A stretch of 64,000 bases of DNA from positions 28,708,001 through 28,772,000 of the forward strand of contig NW_024704742.1 of NCBI RefSeq assembly GCF_018977255.1, written 5' to 3'. Shown piece by piece: positions 12,906 to 25,323 of this stretch. Position 1 is the first letter of the stretch; every line of letters begins with the position of its first letter. Origin of the DNA: Callorhinchus milii (Eukaryota). The notes beneath the pieces are model-generated. The model did not search any database. It worked only from the letters and a program-made list of their open reading frames with translations, and was not told the origin of the DNA. Both the position numbers and the translations under genes were made by a program.

Positions 12906-14448
12906 CCTCTCACATCTGAGCCAGAATGTTGAGTTCTGTTATATAAGTCACAAGTGTGTTAGTATCTTCTTTATTTTGTCTTTCTCAATAAAACGCTACT
13001 CTACATCACACACAATTTGTCCCATTTCCAGTGTTCTTTTATACTTCCTCTCATTGGCTCCTGGTCAATTGCTCCATTAATCCTAATTGAGTTTTCAACA
13101 AGTTCGAATGGCACATCGAGCCTTGAACTCTTAGTCTAGGCTGACATTCTGATGCATCTGCTTCTGGGGCAATGCTGTACACACATTGACTGTCATGTTA
13201 AACCATAAAACACAGTCACTCCACTTTACAGTATATCTGGGAAACCCTTTGAGATGCCCTCACGCCATGAATACAACTACACCAAGTGTAAGAATTATTA
13301 TTATTATTGATATTGGAATGTTGCATTATTAGTTACTATCTTTTGGGACGTCCTCCCGACGTGAAAGGCGCTATACAAATGTAATTTTGTTGTTGTTGTT
13401 GGATAAGACTATTAAACCAAAACCTCACCTGCCTGTCTTCTGGTGGACGTTAAAAATCCCATCTCACAATTTAAAAGTGAAGGGACTCCCGGCCAAGAAT
13501 CCTCCAAATAAAATGTGGAGCCCTGTTTATAAAATATGTTTGTATATAAAATCAGTCACTATATTTGACAATAATTACTGCGAAGCACTTTGAGATGTAC
13601 TGATATAATAAGCAATGTAAAAATGAAAGTTGTTTCTTTCTCTTACCAGTCGGTACAAATGCGTAATGGTGTGCATTTACCCATTGAACCATTATCAAAA
13701 CCCCACTTATTTTATTTACTCACAGACACACACTTAAGACATAAGGAATCAAAATAGAAGTATTAGAAAATACATTCCAATTCTTAACCACCAACAGCAT
13801 GATGATTAAGGAAGAAATTAATTTAGGAATCCTGCAATTTTAATCCCGAATGAGAGCCAATTTTAAACAACAGCAACTTGTATTTATGTAGTGCCCTTCA
13901 CATCGGACAGTGTCTCGGAGTGCTTAAAAAAAACAGCCTTTTGTTCAACCACCCATGGTGTAGTACATTCAGGGGGAAGCAACCTCCAAGCGTTTCAAGT
14001 TAGACTTGCCAATATACTTAAAAAGTGGCACTGTATCTCAGTGGCGTAGCATTGCATTTACAAACATTCTAAACATGCGACTACTACTGCACGTGACCAG
14101 CATTGGGTCATCGCAACCTCTACAACAGCCGATCGATCACAGGCATTCCTGAGGCTCAAGGCCTGAATCAGCATCCGGGTGTGTCTTAGACATCCACAAA
14201 TGCACCTCCAGGTGCAGGCCGGTCGCAATCCGTGGTACAGCTGAACAGCAAGTCCGAGAGCCCAATGCGCAACCGGCCGTTGGTCCACGCAGTGGATTTT
14301 GCCCACAAAATATACAGTCAATTCACTTTACACTATATTCTGTGAAGCTCTTTGAGATGTCTCAAAGACATGATTAGCAGCTATATCAAATGCAACAATT
14401 ATTATTATTATTATGTGTCAGAAGAGGAAGTGACGCCTCCGTGCTGTC

Positions 14449-14631
14449 TTCTCTTTGACCGTGCCTTCAGCTCCCCTCTCGACTCTCTACCCCCTCCTCG
14501 CTCCCTCCCTTCCCTCCCCTCACCCTGACCATTTCCCCCCTGCTCGGGTCCTGACCCAACTGTTCAGCGCCTTGGGACGTCCTCCCGACGTGAAAGGCGC
14601 TCAATAAATGGAATCTTGTTGTTGTTGTTGC
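14449..14631 (+). mobile_element. Short young LINE 3'-end insertion with (GTT)n tail
   Basis: Nearly identical to 41433-41615. Confidence 0.88.
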
Positions 14632-14713
14632 TGAAACATATCAGGAAAGCCAGTCTGAGCTGACACTATGTCATTAACATGGTTGAACCAGCATATTAAG
14701 CGCTCCAGGATTC

Positions 14714-15635
14714 TGTTGTTGTTATTGCATTCCAATAGGTGGGGAAGGAAGGTGATTGAAGGCACAGTCGAACAGGTGGGTCTTGAAGGAGGCAAGGGAG
14801 GGGGCGAGGTGGAGGGACTGCAGGATGGACTTCCAGAGGGTGGGGGCAGAGTGGGTGAAAGCCCGCCATTAGTGGGGCGGGTGAGGTGGGGGACATGAAG
14901 CAGGCCAGAGCCCGCTGAGCAGAGTGAGCAGGTGGGTTGTTAGAGTGTTAGGAAGTCGCTGTGGTAGGGGGGAGCAAGACCATGGAGGGCTTTGAAGGTG
15001 AGGACCAGGATCTTGAACTGCATCCTCTGTGTGATGGGAAGCCAGTGGAGTCAGCTGAGGATGAGGGTGATAGGGTCACGGAGCCTGGTGCAGGAGAGGA
15101 CATGGGCTGCAGTGTTCTGGATGATCTGCAGCCTATGGAGGAAGGAGTTGGGGAGGCCAACAAGTAGGGAGTCTGCATAGTCGAGCCTGGATGTTATGAA
15201 TGCATGTATGAGGGTCTACGGGGCCTGCAGTGTGAGACATTGTCTTTGCTGGGCGAGGTTGCGGAGGTGAAGGAAGGCAGAGTGGGCCATGGCACGGATG
15301 CGGGGTAGAAAGGATAGTTGAGGGTCAAATAAGACGCCAAGATTCTGGACTGGCTTAGTAAGGTGGAGTGTGCAACCATGGATGGTGATGCTGTCAGTGC
15401 CTAAGGTGAGGAGGTGCTGACGGGAGCCAATCAGGAGAACCTCCATCTTGTTAAGGTTCAACCGTAGAAAGGTAGCTCTCATCCAGGACATGTTGTCTGA
15501 CAGACATTCTGTGGTCTTGGAGTCAAGGGTGGAGGCTGAGTGATAGAGTTGGGTGTCATCCGCATACATGTGAAAATTGACCCCATGTCTGCGGATGATG
15601 TCATCAAGAGGGAGCATATAGATATGGAAGTAAAT
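14714..15635 (-). mobile_element. 5'-truncated L2-clade LINE (RT C-terminus)
   Basis: [25 protein letters not shown]...[15 protein letters not shown]...[14 protein letters not shown]; frameshifted downstream. Confidence 0.92.
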
Positions 15636-15649
15636 GCTATATGATGTCA

Positions 15650-15860
15650 ATGCGCAGTTTTGTAGCCAGAGATAGATGTCATTGTCTCCAGACCTTATCA
15701 AGCTCACCGAGCCGATACATCGCCAGAAGTCCAGTCCACAACAGCCCAAATTTAACACATACATTGATACCAGGTCAGCATTTGACTCGGTAGACTGTGA
15801 GCCACTGTGGAAGGCCTTGAGGAGTGTCTGTTTCCCCAATGTCTTGTTCCGCTTGTTCTA
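15650..15860 (+). mobile_element. RTE-clade LINE reverse-transcriptase fragment
   Basis: [26 protein letters not shown] matches the RTE-type RT motif D-x-x-x-AFDSV-x-x-x-x-LW-x-x-L. Confidence 0.7.
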
Positions 15861-17202
15861 AACATACCTAGAAACAAATTATCATTACTGCACCAATGTT
15901 TTCTCAACTTTGACTTTATCAATGCAATCGTGACCTTCTGCAGTTTAAATGTCAGGCTGAATGAATAAGTTTCAGGAACATCGATCAAGCAATGGTAACA
16001 TCTCTTCCCAAAAAATGTAAGTACATAGACTTCTTCACAAGTTAAGCATGATACCCCATCCAAGTGACCATGCTTAATGTATGAGCCTAGGCATTCTCAG
16101 CAAGCATCACAAATAGGTCTGACCGCTCCCCAGTTAGGTCCCTCTACATGCACAACCAGTAAAGCGTTAAAGCGCTCCGAGATGGTGTCCGGCGTGGAGG
16201 GCGCTATATAAATCCAAGTTGTTGTTGTTGTTAAAGGGACCAGTTGCTGGTTTGCCCTTCATTAACCTCCTTAGGAAGGGCTTGGCTGAGACTAGCAAAC
16301 AATATGGATCAGGATTTGAACCAGAAAATTCCTGGTGTATATGCTGCAGCTCTATCGATTGCACAAGAAGAGCTACCCCAACTTCAGCGCTCCGAGACAC
16401 TATCCAGCATGAAAGGCGCTATGTAAATGCAGGTTATCATTGTTACCTGGAATTTAAAAGTGGGATCTCATTGGACATACCCACCACGTTAATTGAAAGC
16501 AAAATTACATTTGTACCACACACAATGGTACGACCTTCAAGAAGTATTTGCACCAATCATTCATTCCTATTTAACATGAAAAGTTGACAGCTAATTTTTA
16601 TTGATTTAGCCAATTACCTAAAATGGAAATATACAGAGTGCACGATGAAGAGCTGCGAGATATAATCTCACACTGAACATCTGTCATATGGCACTGAATA
16701 CAACCAATGATAAAATTGTGAGTGAGGCATCAGATCAACCCACTTGTATGTTATCCCACTTTGTCTCATTGTGGATGATCTAAATTGCATGAAAAGCCAA
16801 ACTATTATCCTCTTACAATGTAGTGTGTGTAAAAATATATTCCTTTCACAAAAGTTTATGTAAAGTTAAAATAATAACTAAAATGCATACATAGTAATAC
16901 CTACATAGTGATTGTATTAGATAATGGAACACATACCTTCATATTTTGGTGAACAGACAAAATCAGGGAAAATATACTTGTATGATAAGGTTCATCTGTT
17001 TTGAGCTTAACTTCACTGGACACAATATGATCTAACATTACTGGAGCCTGGACAGCCAGTGCAAATCTGGGATCACTGATGTCATCTTATATCAATCTGA
17101 ACAGCATTGATGCATGCATCCAGTAAACCTATAACCTACGGCAATGCAGGCAAATATAAAATTGTGATGTTATCACAGTGACATATTTTCCATCTTCATT
17201 TT

Positions 17203-17563
17203 AATAATAATAATCCTTGCATTTGATATAGCAAGTCTTCGAGCTGTCTCAAACAGCTTCACAGAATATACTGTAAAGTGAATTGACTGTATATTTTGTG
17301 AGCAAAACATAGCAGCCAATTGCGCCCAGCAGTGTCCCACAAACAGTCATGGATGAAGTGACCAAATAATTTTTTTTGAAGGGATTATTATACCTGGAAA
17401 AGCGAACCACCAATTGACTAACAACTGAGTTCCTATTTACTGCTAGGTAAACTGAGGCATGTGGAGTAAGGAGACTTGTCCAACGTTTCACCCTGCCCAG
17501 AAATCGAACCCAGGTCCTTTCTCTTGCGAGACGAGTGCTCTAACCACTACTCTAAAGGATTCC
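17203..17563 (-). mobile_element. tRNA-derived SINE, long subtype
   Basis: Same head and tail plus the internal segment gcctcagtttacctagcagtaaatagg. Confidence 0.88.
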
Positions 17564-17667
17564 ACTGGACTTTAGAAATGTGTTGGGACATGGCTAGAAT
17601 GTAGTATTTGTAAAATGCACAAAATAACACTAATTTTGTGATTAATAAATTTAACAAGCTAATACAT

Positions 17668-17733
17668 TTTATTACAAGGCAAAGTCTGATTTTGCACAAG
17701 AACCATGATAAGAGTATAAAAATATGTTTTATT
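17668..17733 (-). terminator. Two candidate polyadenylation signals of pcdh18
   Basis: AATAAA on the minus strand at 17728-17733 and 17668-17673, in an AT-rich 3'UTR about 200-260 nt after the stop. Confidence 0.6.
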
Positions 17734-17927
17734 GGAAAAATAATATATAAATAGAGTACAAAATGTATTTTTAAAATACAAACTTAATTACACTTAAATT
17801 GGTATACTTAATGTGAAAATAAAAGTCATAGACACATTTACTTGATAAATGCAAATAGTTGGCAATGACACTGCTAACTTCCAGTTTCCCATAAAAAGGA
17901 AGGAAAGAAATATATACAGAATCATTT

Positions 17928-18580
17928 CTAGCTCTGCCGGACATCTTGTAAAAGTTTGTTGATCTCTGCTACAAGTTCACTGGCATTGATGAGTTCGTGT
18001 TTGCTCTCCCGTTTGCAAGGGTTCAGCTGGCTGAGAACGTTATCAAACTCATCTTCTTCGTAATTCTCTGGGATCTCTTCCATGGCTGGCAACCATTTGC
18101 AGGCAGGTTGGGGAGTAACGTGATTAACGGGGGCCAGACCAACACTGCTCACTGGATTCTGGAAATTTGTGCTTGCTGCCCAGGCTGCCACCCCTTGGGG
18201 ATATGGCATAGTTTTTGCTGCCAAATGTCCTTTCTTGTTTTCCAAAGAACTCACGCTATTGGTCTCATTGCATTCTGCATACATGTCCATTTGGGGAGGC
18301 AGCAACCGTTGGAAAACACTGTTCATTTCTGACAGGAGGGAAGAGGTCCCCAAATCCTCTGCCTCTTCACTCTGGGACTCTTTGCCAAAGGTCAAGAAGC
18401 TTTTCTTCTTCCCACTGGAATCGGACGAGTCGCAATCGTCCTCCTGCAGCTGCTGAGTGTCCTCACCAGGATTAAACAAATTGCTCCTGTAATCAGCAGA
18501 AACTCCTGAAGATAATGGAGGCATCCAGCACTGATCAGAGTGGCCCAGCACCTTGCATTCATCTGTGCATAACTTCATTG
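17928..18580 (-). CDS. pcdh18: Protocadherin-18, last coding exon (CM2, WIRS, FQNP motifs; stop TAG)
   Basis: tttattacag|CA ATG AAG... encodes CTDECKVLGHSDQCWMP (CM2), KSFLTFGK (WAVE-complex WIRS-type motif), WAASTNFQNP (Dab1-binding-type motif) and ends ELVAEINKLLQDVRQS*. All four exons total 3408 nt = 1135 aa plus stop. Confidence 0.96.
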
Positions 18581-19737
18581 CTGTAATAAAACAAAACCTT
18601 TCCATTATCATGCATGATGCCATCCTTCAACACATCAGAAACATTTGAACACACGACAGAAGATACTATAATCATTTCTCCATAACTCCTGCAGCACTAC
18701 TTGCAGTGAATGTTTATAATGAACCTGCCAAATCTTTTCCAGATCCAGAACACACTGAATGTAACATTTCCACCAAAGCATAACACCAGAAAACATGGAG
18801 ATCTTACAAAACAGAATGTGACTGAGGGCAGGAAGTGTCAGATGTCAGACAGCACTGTAAAGGAAGACACCCTCAGTCGTGGCCATTTCAAGCTAAATTG
18901 ATAGTTTTTTTTGTAAATCTGGGCATTTACCACTTTGACATTTTCTGTGAGCCAGATAAATGAAGAGCACGACACCAATGTATGCATTGCCAATGTGGGC
19001 AGATACTTTGTTTAAACTAGGTCTTGTGTTTTTGGTGGAGACAGAAATTTTAAGATCTACACACTTGGAATCACACAATCCATTTATCACCAGGCATACA
19101 ATACTAACAGTACTACTCCCATCGATCACTAAAGGATCTTAATCAAATGGGTTTGAAAGCAATCAACCCAATTTCTGGTACAATTAAGTCACAGCACAAA
19201 AATGCCAAATTCTACTAAACTGGCAATAATTCAGATTGGCTTAAAGTTGCAGGAAGTAAAAATGTCACACTAGCGCAGCAGAGAAAGTTCTTCGGAGCTT
19301 GGGTTTGAAGCATATTATTACAAGCAATACCTTGCTTCTATCAAGTGCTTGACCTGGTCTGGCATTGCACGATATTGACACTGGGTCATAAAATGTTAAA
19401 ATGTTCCAATTATGTTCTCCAGAAACAGTGAACATAAAAAAATCCAATAAAATTCAAAGACAGAAGATATTAAAACAAGCTCCCCGCAATGGTCTAGTGA
19501 GGAAAGGTATCGTCTGATGGAACACCAGTTCATATTGAACAAAACGTTGCAGGTTGGATTCACTCCTATAAGTAAATTCACTTTATGGCTGTCTGTCGGA
19601 CATTGCTGTGCACAAATTGGCTGCCATGTTCACCTATAAAATACACACGTCACAGTAAATCCTATGAAGCACTTTGAAATTTCCTCCTGATGTGAAAGGA
19701 AGTGTTATACATAAGGATCATTAATTATTATTATCTT

Positions 19738-20105
19738 ATTTCAGCTGAGGTAGGTGTTGAGCTGCTATAATTGGCCTCAGATCCTTTGGATGAGGGAGGA
19801 AGAAAAGTGGTTTAGGATTTCTGTTCCAGTCAGAGTTAGATTGCCATGTCAGTGGAAATTACTGCCAATACTGGGGGTTGTGCTAACCAGAGATCCCTGC
19901 TGGATGATCTGTGTGTGTGGAACTTGGGCAAGGACAGGAGCAGGCTTGGCTATGATGCCCCTTTCTCCCATGGTTGAACAGACTGCCAACACTTGCTGTA
20001 AAGGTTCTTGCATGGAAAATGTCACTTGGGTGACATACTGAGAATGCCCAGCGCCTGTAAGTGTATATCCCAGTAAAAGAAAACGCCTCCAGAAGGTGGA
20101 GGGGT
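19738..20105 (+). mobile_element. Ancient SINE, AmnSINE2-like, in pcdh18 intron 3
   Basis: gctataattggcctcag...agggagg...ccctgctgga...gtgtgtgtgga...aggacagga...ggctatgatgccc...cacttgggtga matches the recalled AmnSINE2-type consensus; related copies at 9600-9800 and 12690-12900. Confidence 0.6.
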
Positions 20106-20249
20106 AAAATAATTGAGAGGATAACATTTCCTGGGAAATAACTATCAGTAAATGCCACTAAACCTTTGGAAGTGTATTGTTGTACAACGTAAGTAAGTTA
20201 TCAAGTAAATCAGCATAACAACAACAAATACTAATGTGATAAATGGTAC

Positions 20250-20416
20250 CTGGGTGAAATCGGTGGCTATCAGTGACAAAGAGATCGCTGAAACCTTCAC
20301 CAAGGAGTCTGTCAATGGGAGAGTCTCTGCCCAAGTCATAATCACTGTCCCCAGCTTCACTGTCTCCCCGGCCGCTGTCCTTCAGACTGAATTTATCCAT
20401 ATCCTGAAGAGCATAT
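20250..20416 (-). CDS. pcdh18: Protocadherin-18, coding exon 3 (CM1 motif)
   Basis: ttctctag|A TAT GCT... encodes YALQDMDKFSLKDSGRGDSEAGDSDYDLGRDSPIDRLLGEGFSDLFVTDSHRFHP; ends CCAG|gtacca. 167 nt, phase 2 to 1. KDSGRGDS is the delta-protocadherin CM1 motif. Confidence 0.95.
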
Positions 20417-20515
20417 CTAGAGAAAGGTAGGAAAGGGTAAATGATTGATACCATACACTGTTTGACACACAGCAAATCCTCAGAGAAAGGAATCAAGTTC
20501 AAAAACAATTCTTAC

Positions 20516-20604
20516 CTGTAACTTCTTGAATATTTATTTCCACGAAAGTTGGGTCTGGGTTGGTACTGGCCCTGGTGCAGCATGCTCAGCAACTGGGAAA
20601 CTTG
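20516..20604 (-). CDS. pcdh18: Protocadherin-18, coding exon 2
   Basis: Read manually (not in the ORF track): ...catatag|CAAGTTTCC...TACAG|gtaaga, encoding [29 protein letters not shown](R). 89 nt, phase 0 to 2. Confidence 0.93.
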
Positions 20605-21699
20605 CTATATGGTGACAGAGAGGATGAAAGAAACTTAGTGTCAATCGATCTATTTTTTAATTAAAAAAAACAAAAAACTTCTATTATAATGTCCTGTGAG
20701 ATATTGTATTCCTGTGGAGAAGTGCATACTGTTATCCAATCCACTGAAGGGCATCAGATAACTAACACCAGCATCAGAAATATCACATTTTTGTAACTGA
20801 CGAGCTATAACCAATAATTCTGAAAAAGATCACTCCTCATTTCAGCATTCTAAGCACAATAAAATGTAAAACAGTCAATAATATAAGGCAAATTTACGGT
20901 ATAATTAATTGATCTTGAACAGATTTAGAACTCTGTACATAACTAATCTGGCAGAAAGCAACTACTGAACTATTGTAACATATAATAATAACAAAAAAAT
21001 GAGCCTTGGATTTGGTATAGCGCCTATCACTTTATTTATACAGTATATATAATATATATATATAAATATCTGTAAATCTAATTGGTTTTATACTGGAAAT
21101 GGTTGTTCTAAGCAAAAATTGACTGCAGGATTAAGATCAGGCAAACAAAGAGGCAAAGAAGCTGTACAAACAGCTGAGTTATGAAATGAAAAATACCATA
21201 TTGGTGCAGTAGGGGTGCTACTCTAGAAGTTAAGTTTAAAGTACATTGCTGGGCAGTAAATGGAGCTTGCCACAGCATATATACCAATAACTTTAACAAT
21301 TACTTTTGTTTTCTTTCTTGCTCACTCATATTACAGACCTAGAAATATTTGATGTGCCCACAAGTGGGGCCAGCTTCCATTTCACATCACCAACATTACC
21401 ACATTGTGTACAAAATAACCTCATCTCAGCAGAATTCTGACATTTCAGCTTTGCATACATGGAAATGAATGAGTGGTCTTTTGAATTTGAACTTTTAAAA
21501 AGAAAAACTCTTCAGAATAGCTAACAAAACATAAAGCTGGAGATTTCATTTAGCTCTTCTTATAAATGAGCCAACTTTATTGGGTTGAATCCTTTCACCC
21601 CCCCCTCCACCATTCCCTGCCCAGTCGTTTTTTGAAAGAAGTGAAAAGCAATTTACGTGACACTGTGAAGGACTTTTGGTTTCCGTGAAATGGACACGA

Positions 21700-22016
21700 T
21701 AATAATAATAATCCTTGCATTTGATACAGCGCTTTTCATGTATTCTCGACATCTCAAAGCGCTTCACAGAATATGCTGTAAAGTGAATTGACCGTGTATT
21801 TGTGAGCAAAACGCGGCAGCCAATTGCGCACAGCAGTGTCCCACAAACAGACACGGATTGAAAATGACCAATTTATTATTGTTTTGTTTTTTGGAGGGAT
21901 TATTATTAGGCGTGTGGGATAAGGAAACTTGCCCAAGGTTTCGCCCTGTGCCTGGAATTGAAGCCAAGTGTCTCGCTTGCAAGGCGAGTGCTCTAACTAC
22001 TGCGCTACAGGACTCC
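21700..22016 (-). mobile_element. Full-length SINE, short subtype (pcdh18 intron 1)
   Basis: Head-to-tail match to the other copies. Confidence 0.92.
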
Positions 22017-22824
22017 TGTAGCTGTAGATGATGAAGAGTGAATGACACGTTTATAGATTGAATGGAGCCTATCATTGCCATTCACATAATATGATTCAGA
22101 TCTCCACTTGGGAACCTGACCTGAACTTTGTGATGACTTTGTCACTAGTGAGTTAGCTGATCGCCAGTGCTTGTACGAAGATTACACGGATGACAATGCA
22201 ATGGTTTCAGACACTTGGCTGTAAGGGATGCACCTCCAGACGTGAAAGGCACTGTACAAATGTAATGTTGATGTTGTTGTCAGGGCTATACATTTGTTTT
22301 TTTTTACCTCTACATCCATGCGTTTGGGATCACATTGAACACACTACAGTACCTCTGCCAACAGGACCATACCGAATGTGAGACAATGACAAAAAGAGTT
22401 AAGTGTATAAATACGTTCAACATAAATTGCTTATTGATGTTGATCTAGAGCTGGGACTGGGTTGCTGGTAAAATACGGCAAATCAGGGAATCCATCTAAA
22501 CTGAATCGAGACCAGTCTGCAAGTGCAAATGTTCTCCATTCGTCCACCTGTCGTGTGGATAACTTTTCTCTGAAAAGGGCCACAGAAAAATGTAAAGTGT
22601 AAAAAGTGTAAAGTGGAGACTATGGATACAAAATGAACGGTCTGTTCAAAACTTTCACAGCATCTTGTTCACTGTCCTGGTAAAGCTGTACAACAACCTG
22701 CTACAGCCTCCCAATAGCCCCAATCTTCGACCAAGGGATGAGAGAGAATTACGCCCAGAACACGATACATGTATATCACAAACAATGCTCGCTTATAAAC
22801 GCACAATATGACCAAGATGCTCAC

Positions 22825-25323
22825 CTCGACAGGCGGAGAGGCGTGTGTGAGCTCCAGGGCGAAGTTCTCGGGCAAGTGGTTAGACGACAAAGTCACCAGG
22901 CTGTTGAGTGACTGGCGGCTGTGGTGGGTTTGCCTGCTGCACATCTGGCCCCGATCCATTCCCGAGAGGGTCGGCGAGGAGGACGGGGAGGCTCTGTGCT
23001 GAGATCTGATGGGCAGAGTACCCGTGGCTGTGTGCACCAGAGTGATGTCCCCCTTGTGGATCTGCCTGGATGGCCGCTTGGGGTGGTGCTGGTAAGTAGA
23101 CTCGGCCACTCGACAGTTGTAGGACCTGTTGTCCTTCTTCTCTCTGTTGCACCTGGTGGCAAACATGGCCATAATGATGAGCAGAACAGCGCAAACCACT
23201 CCCAACGAGATGATGATGATCATGGAGGAATCTAAAGCACTCTGGTCATCAATTATGCTCTTGGACATGTCCTCTGGTACAGTTAGGACGATTTTCAAGG
23301 TAGCCACAGTGCTCAGACTGGGAGTCCCTTTATCTTGCACCACCACCACGATTTCCCATTCCCTCTCCTTAACCAAACTCAAGCTATTGTTGGTGTAAAT
23401 GTTGCAGGTCCTGGCATCCATAGTGAAGATCCCATGTTGGTTGCCATCAAGGATGGTGCAGGCCAGCTCGCCGTTAGCACCAGAGTCCTTATCTACGGCC
23501 GCAACGGTGGTCACCAAGTAGCCGGCCCCGGTGCCCATTGGCAATGGCACCTCGGCTGTCCCGTTGCGCAAAGCGGGAGTAACGATCAGGGGCGCGTTGT
23601 CGTTCTGGTCGATCACAGTCAGGACCACGGTGGTGTTGCTGGTGAGCTGGTGGCTTCCCCCGTCCCTGGCCTGGACTGTGAAAGAGATCCTGGTGATCTC
23701 CTCATAGTCGAAGGTCCTGAGGGCGTAGATGGCGCCATTGGAGGGATCAATGGTCACGAATGTGGTGATGGAGCTCCCGGAGAGGTAGAACTCCAGGATG
23801 GTGTAAGTCACATGCCCGTTCTCTCCAAGATCCGGATCACTGGCAGTCACGGAGGTGATGTAAGCGCCAGGAGAGTTGTTCTCGGGCCAAAACAGCTCAT
23901 AGGTGTCCTTCTCAAACCGAGGGGCGTTGTCGTTTTCATCCGTGAGTTGGACCGTGAGATACTTGATGGTGGAGAAACTTGGGGAGCCCATGTCCTCTGC
24001 GATCACTTTGAGGCTGTACTCGGGGATGGCCTCGCGATCCAGGGTGGTGTTGGTCTTGATGATGTACTGCTTCTCGTTGGTTTGCTGGAGCCAGAAGTGC
24101 CTGTGGCCTTCCAGGTGGCAGGCGACTTGCCCGTTCAGCCCCGAATCCTTGTCCTGGACACGGACCAAGGCGATGAAGGTGTCCCTTGGGGCCGCCTCGG
24201 ACAGGTAAGCCACGTCTTTGCCCAAAGGCATGAGGCTGATGGTGATCTCGGGCTGGTTGTCATTCACGTCCACCACTTTGATGATGATCTTGCAGTGGGC
24301 AGGGATGGAGTTGGGACCCAGATCTTGAGCTTGGGCGTCTATCTCGTAGGTCTGGCTGACCTCGAAGTCCACCGATTTCAGGAGGGTCAAGTGACCGCTG
24401 TCCGGGTCGATGCTGAAAGTGTCCGTGATTTGGGGGGAGACGTGGCTACTGAAGGAATAGATGACTTGGCCGTTGCTCCCCTCGTCCGCGTCCGTGGCGT
24501 TCAGGTCGAGGAGCCGAGAGCCCCGGGGGGAGTCCTCCAGGAGCTCGATGGTGTAGGAGGTTTGCTCGAAGACGGGACTGTTGTCGTTCGAGTCGGCGAC
24601 GCTGATCTTGAGGAGCGAGGAGCCGGACCTGCGCGGGACCCCGTTGTCCGAGGCGGTCAGGCGGAGCTGGTAGCTGTCCTGCTGCTCCCGGTCCAGCTCC
24701 CGGATCACCAGCAGATCCGCGTACTTGGCGCCGTCGGTCCGGGTGCGCACCTCGAGCGCGAAGTGCTCGTTGGGGGTGAGCGAGTAGTCGTGGAGCGAAT
24801 TGTCCCCCACGTCCGGATCCACGGCGCTGTCCAGGGGGAACCGGGCACCCACCGAGGCGCTCTCGTAGATCTCCACCGGGATGACCGACCTGGGGAAGCG
24901 GGGCGAGTTGTCGTTGATGTCCAGCACCTCCACCTCGATCTGGATCAGCTGCAGGTGCTCGGTGGGCAGAGTGATCACGTCGAAGGCGACGGCGCAGGCG
25001 GCGGCGTGGGGTTTGCACAGCCTCTCCCGGTCGATGCGCTCGGCGACGCTGACCCGCCCGTCCTCCTCCCGCACCGCGAGCAGCGAGGAGTTCAGGCGCT
25101 GCATCACCCGAAAGCGCTGGGAGGACGGGTTCAGCTCGTCGGCCAAGGTCTCCGCCAGCGTCCCGAGCACCGTGCCCACCGGCTGCTCCTCGTACACCCG
25201 GTACTTCACGGTGATGGCCGCCGCCTCCCGGCACAGGCAGCCGAGCAGCACAAGGCACAGCCACCGGACCGGCGCCGGAGCGGGAGAGGGAGAGGGTCCG
25301 ACCTCCCGTCGCCGCTTCTCCAT
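22825..25323 (-). CDS. pcdh18: Protocadherin-18, coding exon 1 (signal peptide, six cadherin repeats, TM helix, proximal cytoplasmic tail)
   Basis: ATG at 25323 (MEKRRREVG...LCLVLLGCLCREAAA, signal-peptide-like). Repeated cadherin motifs DINDNSPRF, DSNDNSPVF, DVNDNQPEI, DENDNAPRF, DQNDNAP. TM helix IIIISLGVVCAVLLIIMAMFA, then CNREKKDNRSYNCRVAESTYQHHPKRPSRQIHKGDITLV as in PCDH18. Ends ...PPVE|GTGAGC donor; 2499 nt, phase 0. Confidence 0.96.

Noticed and set aside
20417..20515. 99-nt intron 2 retention as an in-frame insertion
   Set aside because: Retention reads AGG TAA immediately, so it truncates rather than inserts.
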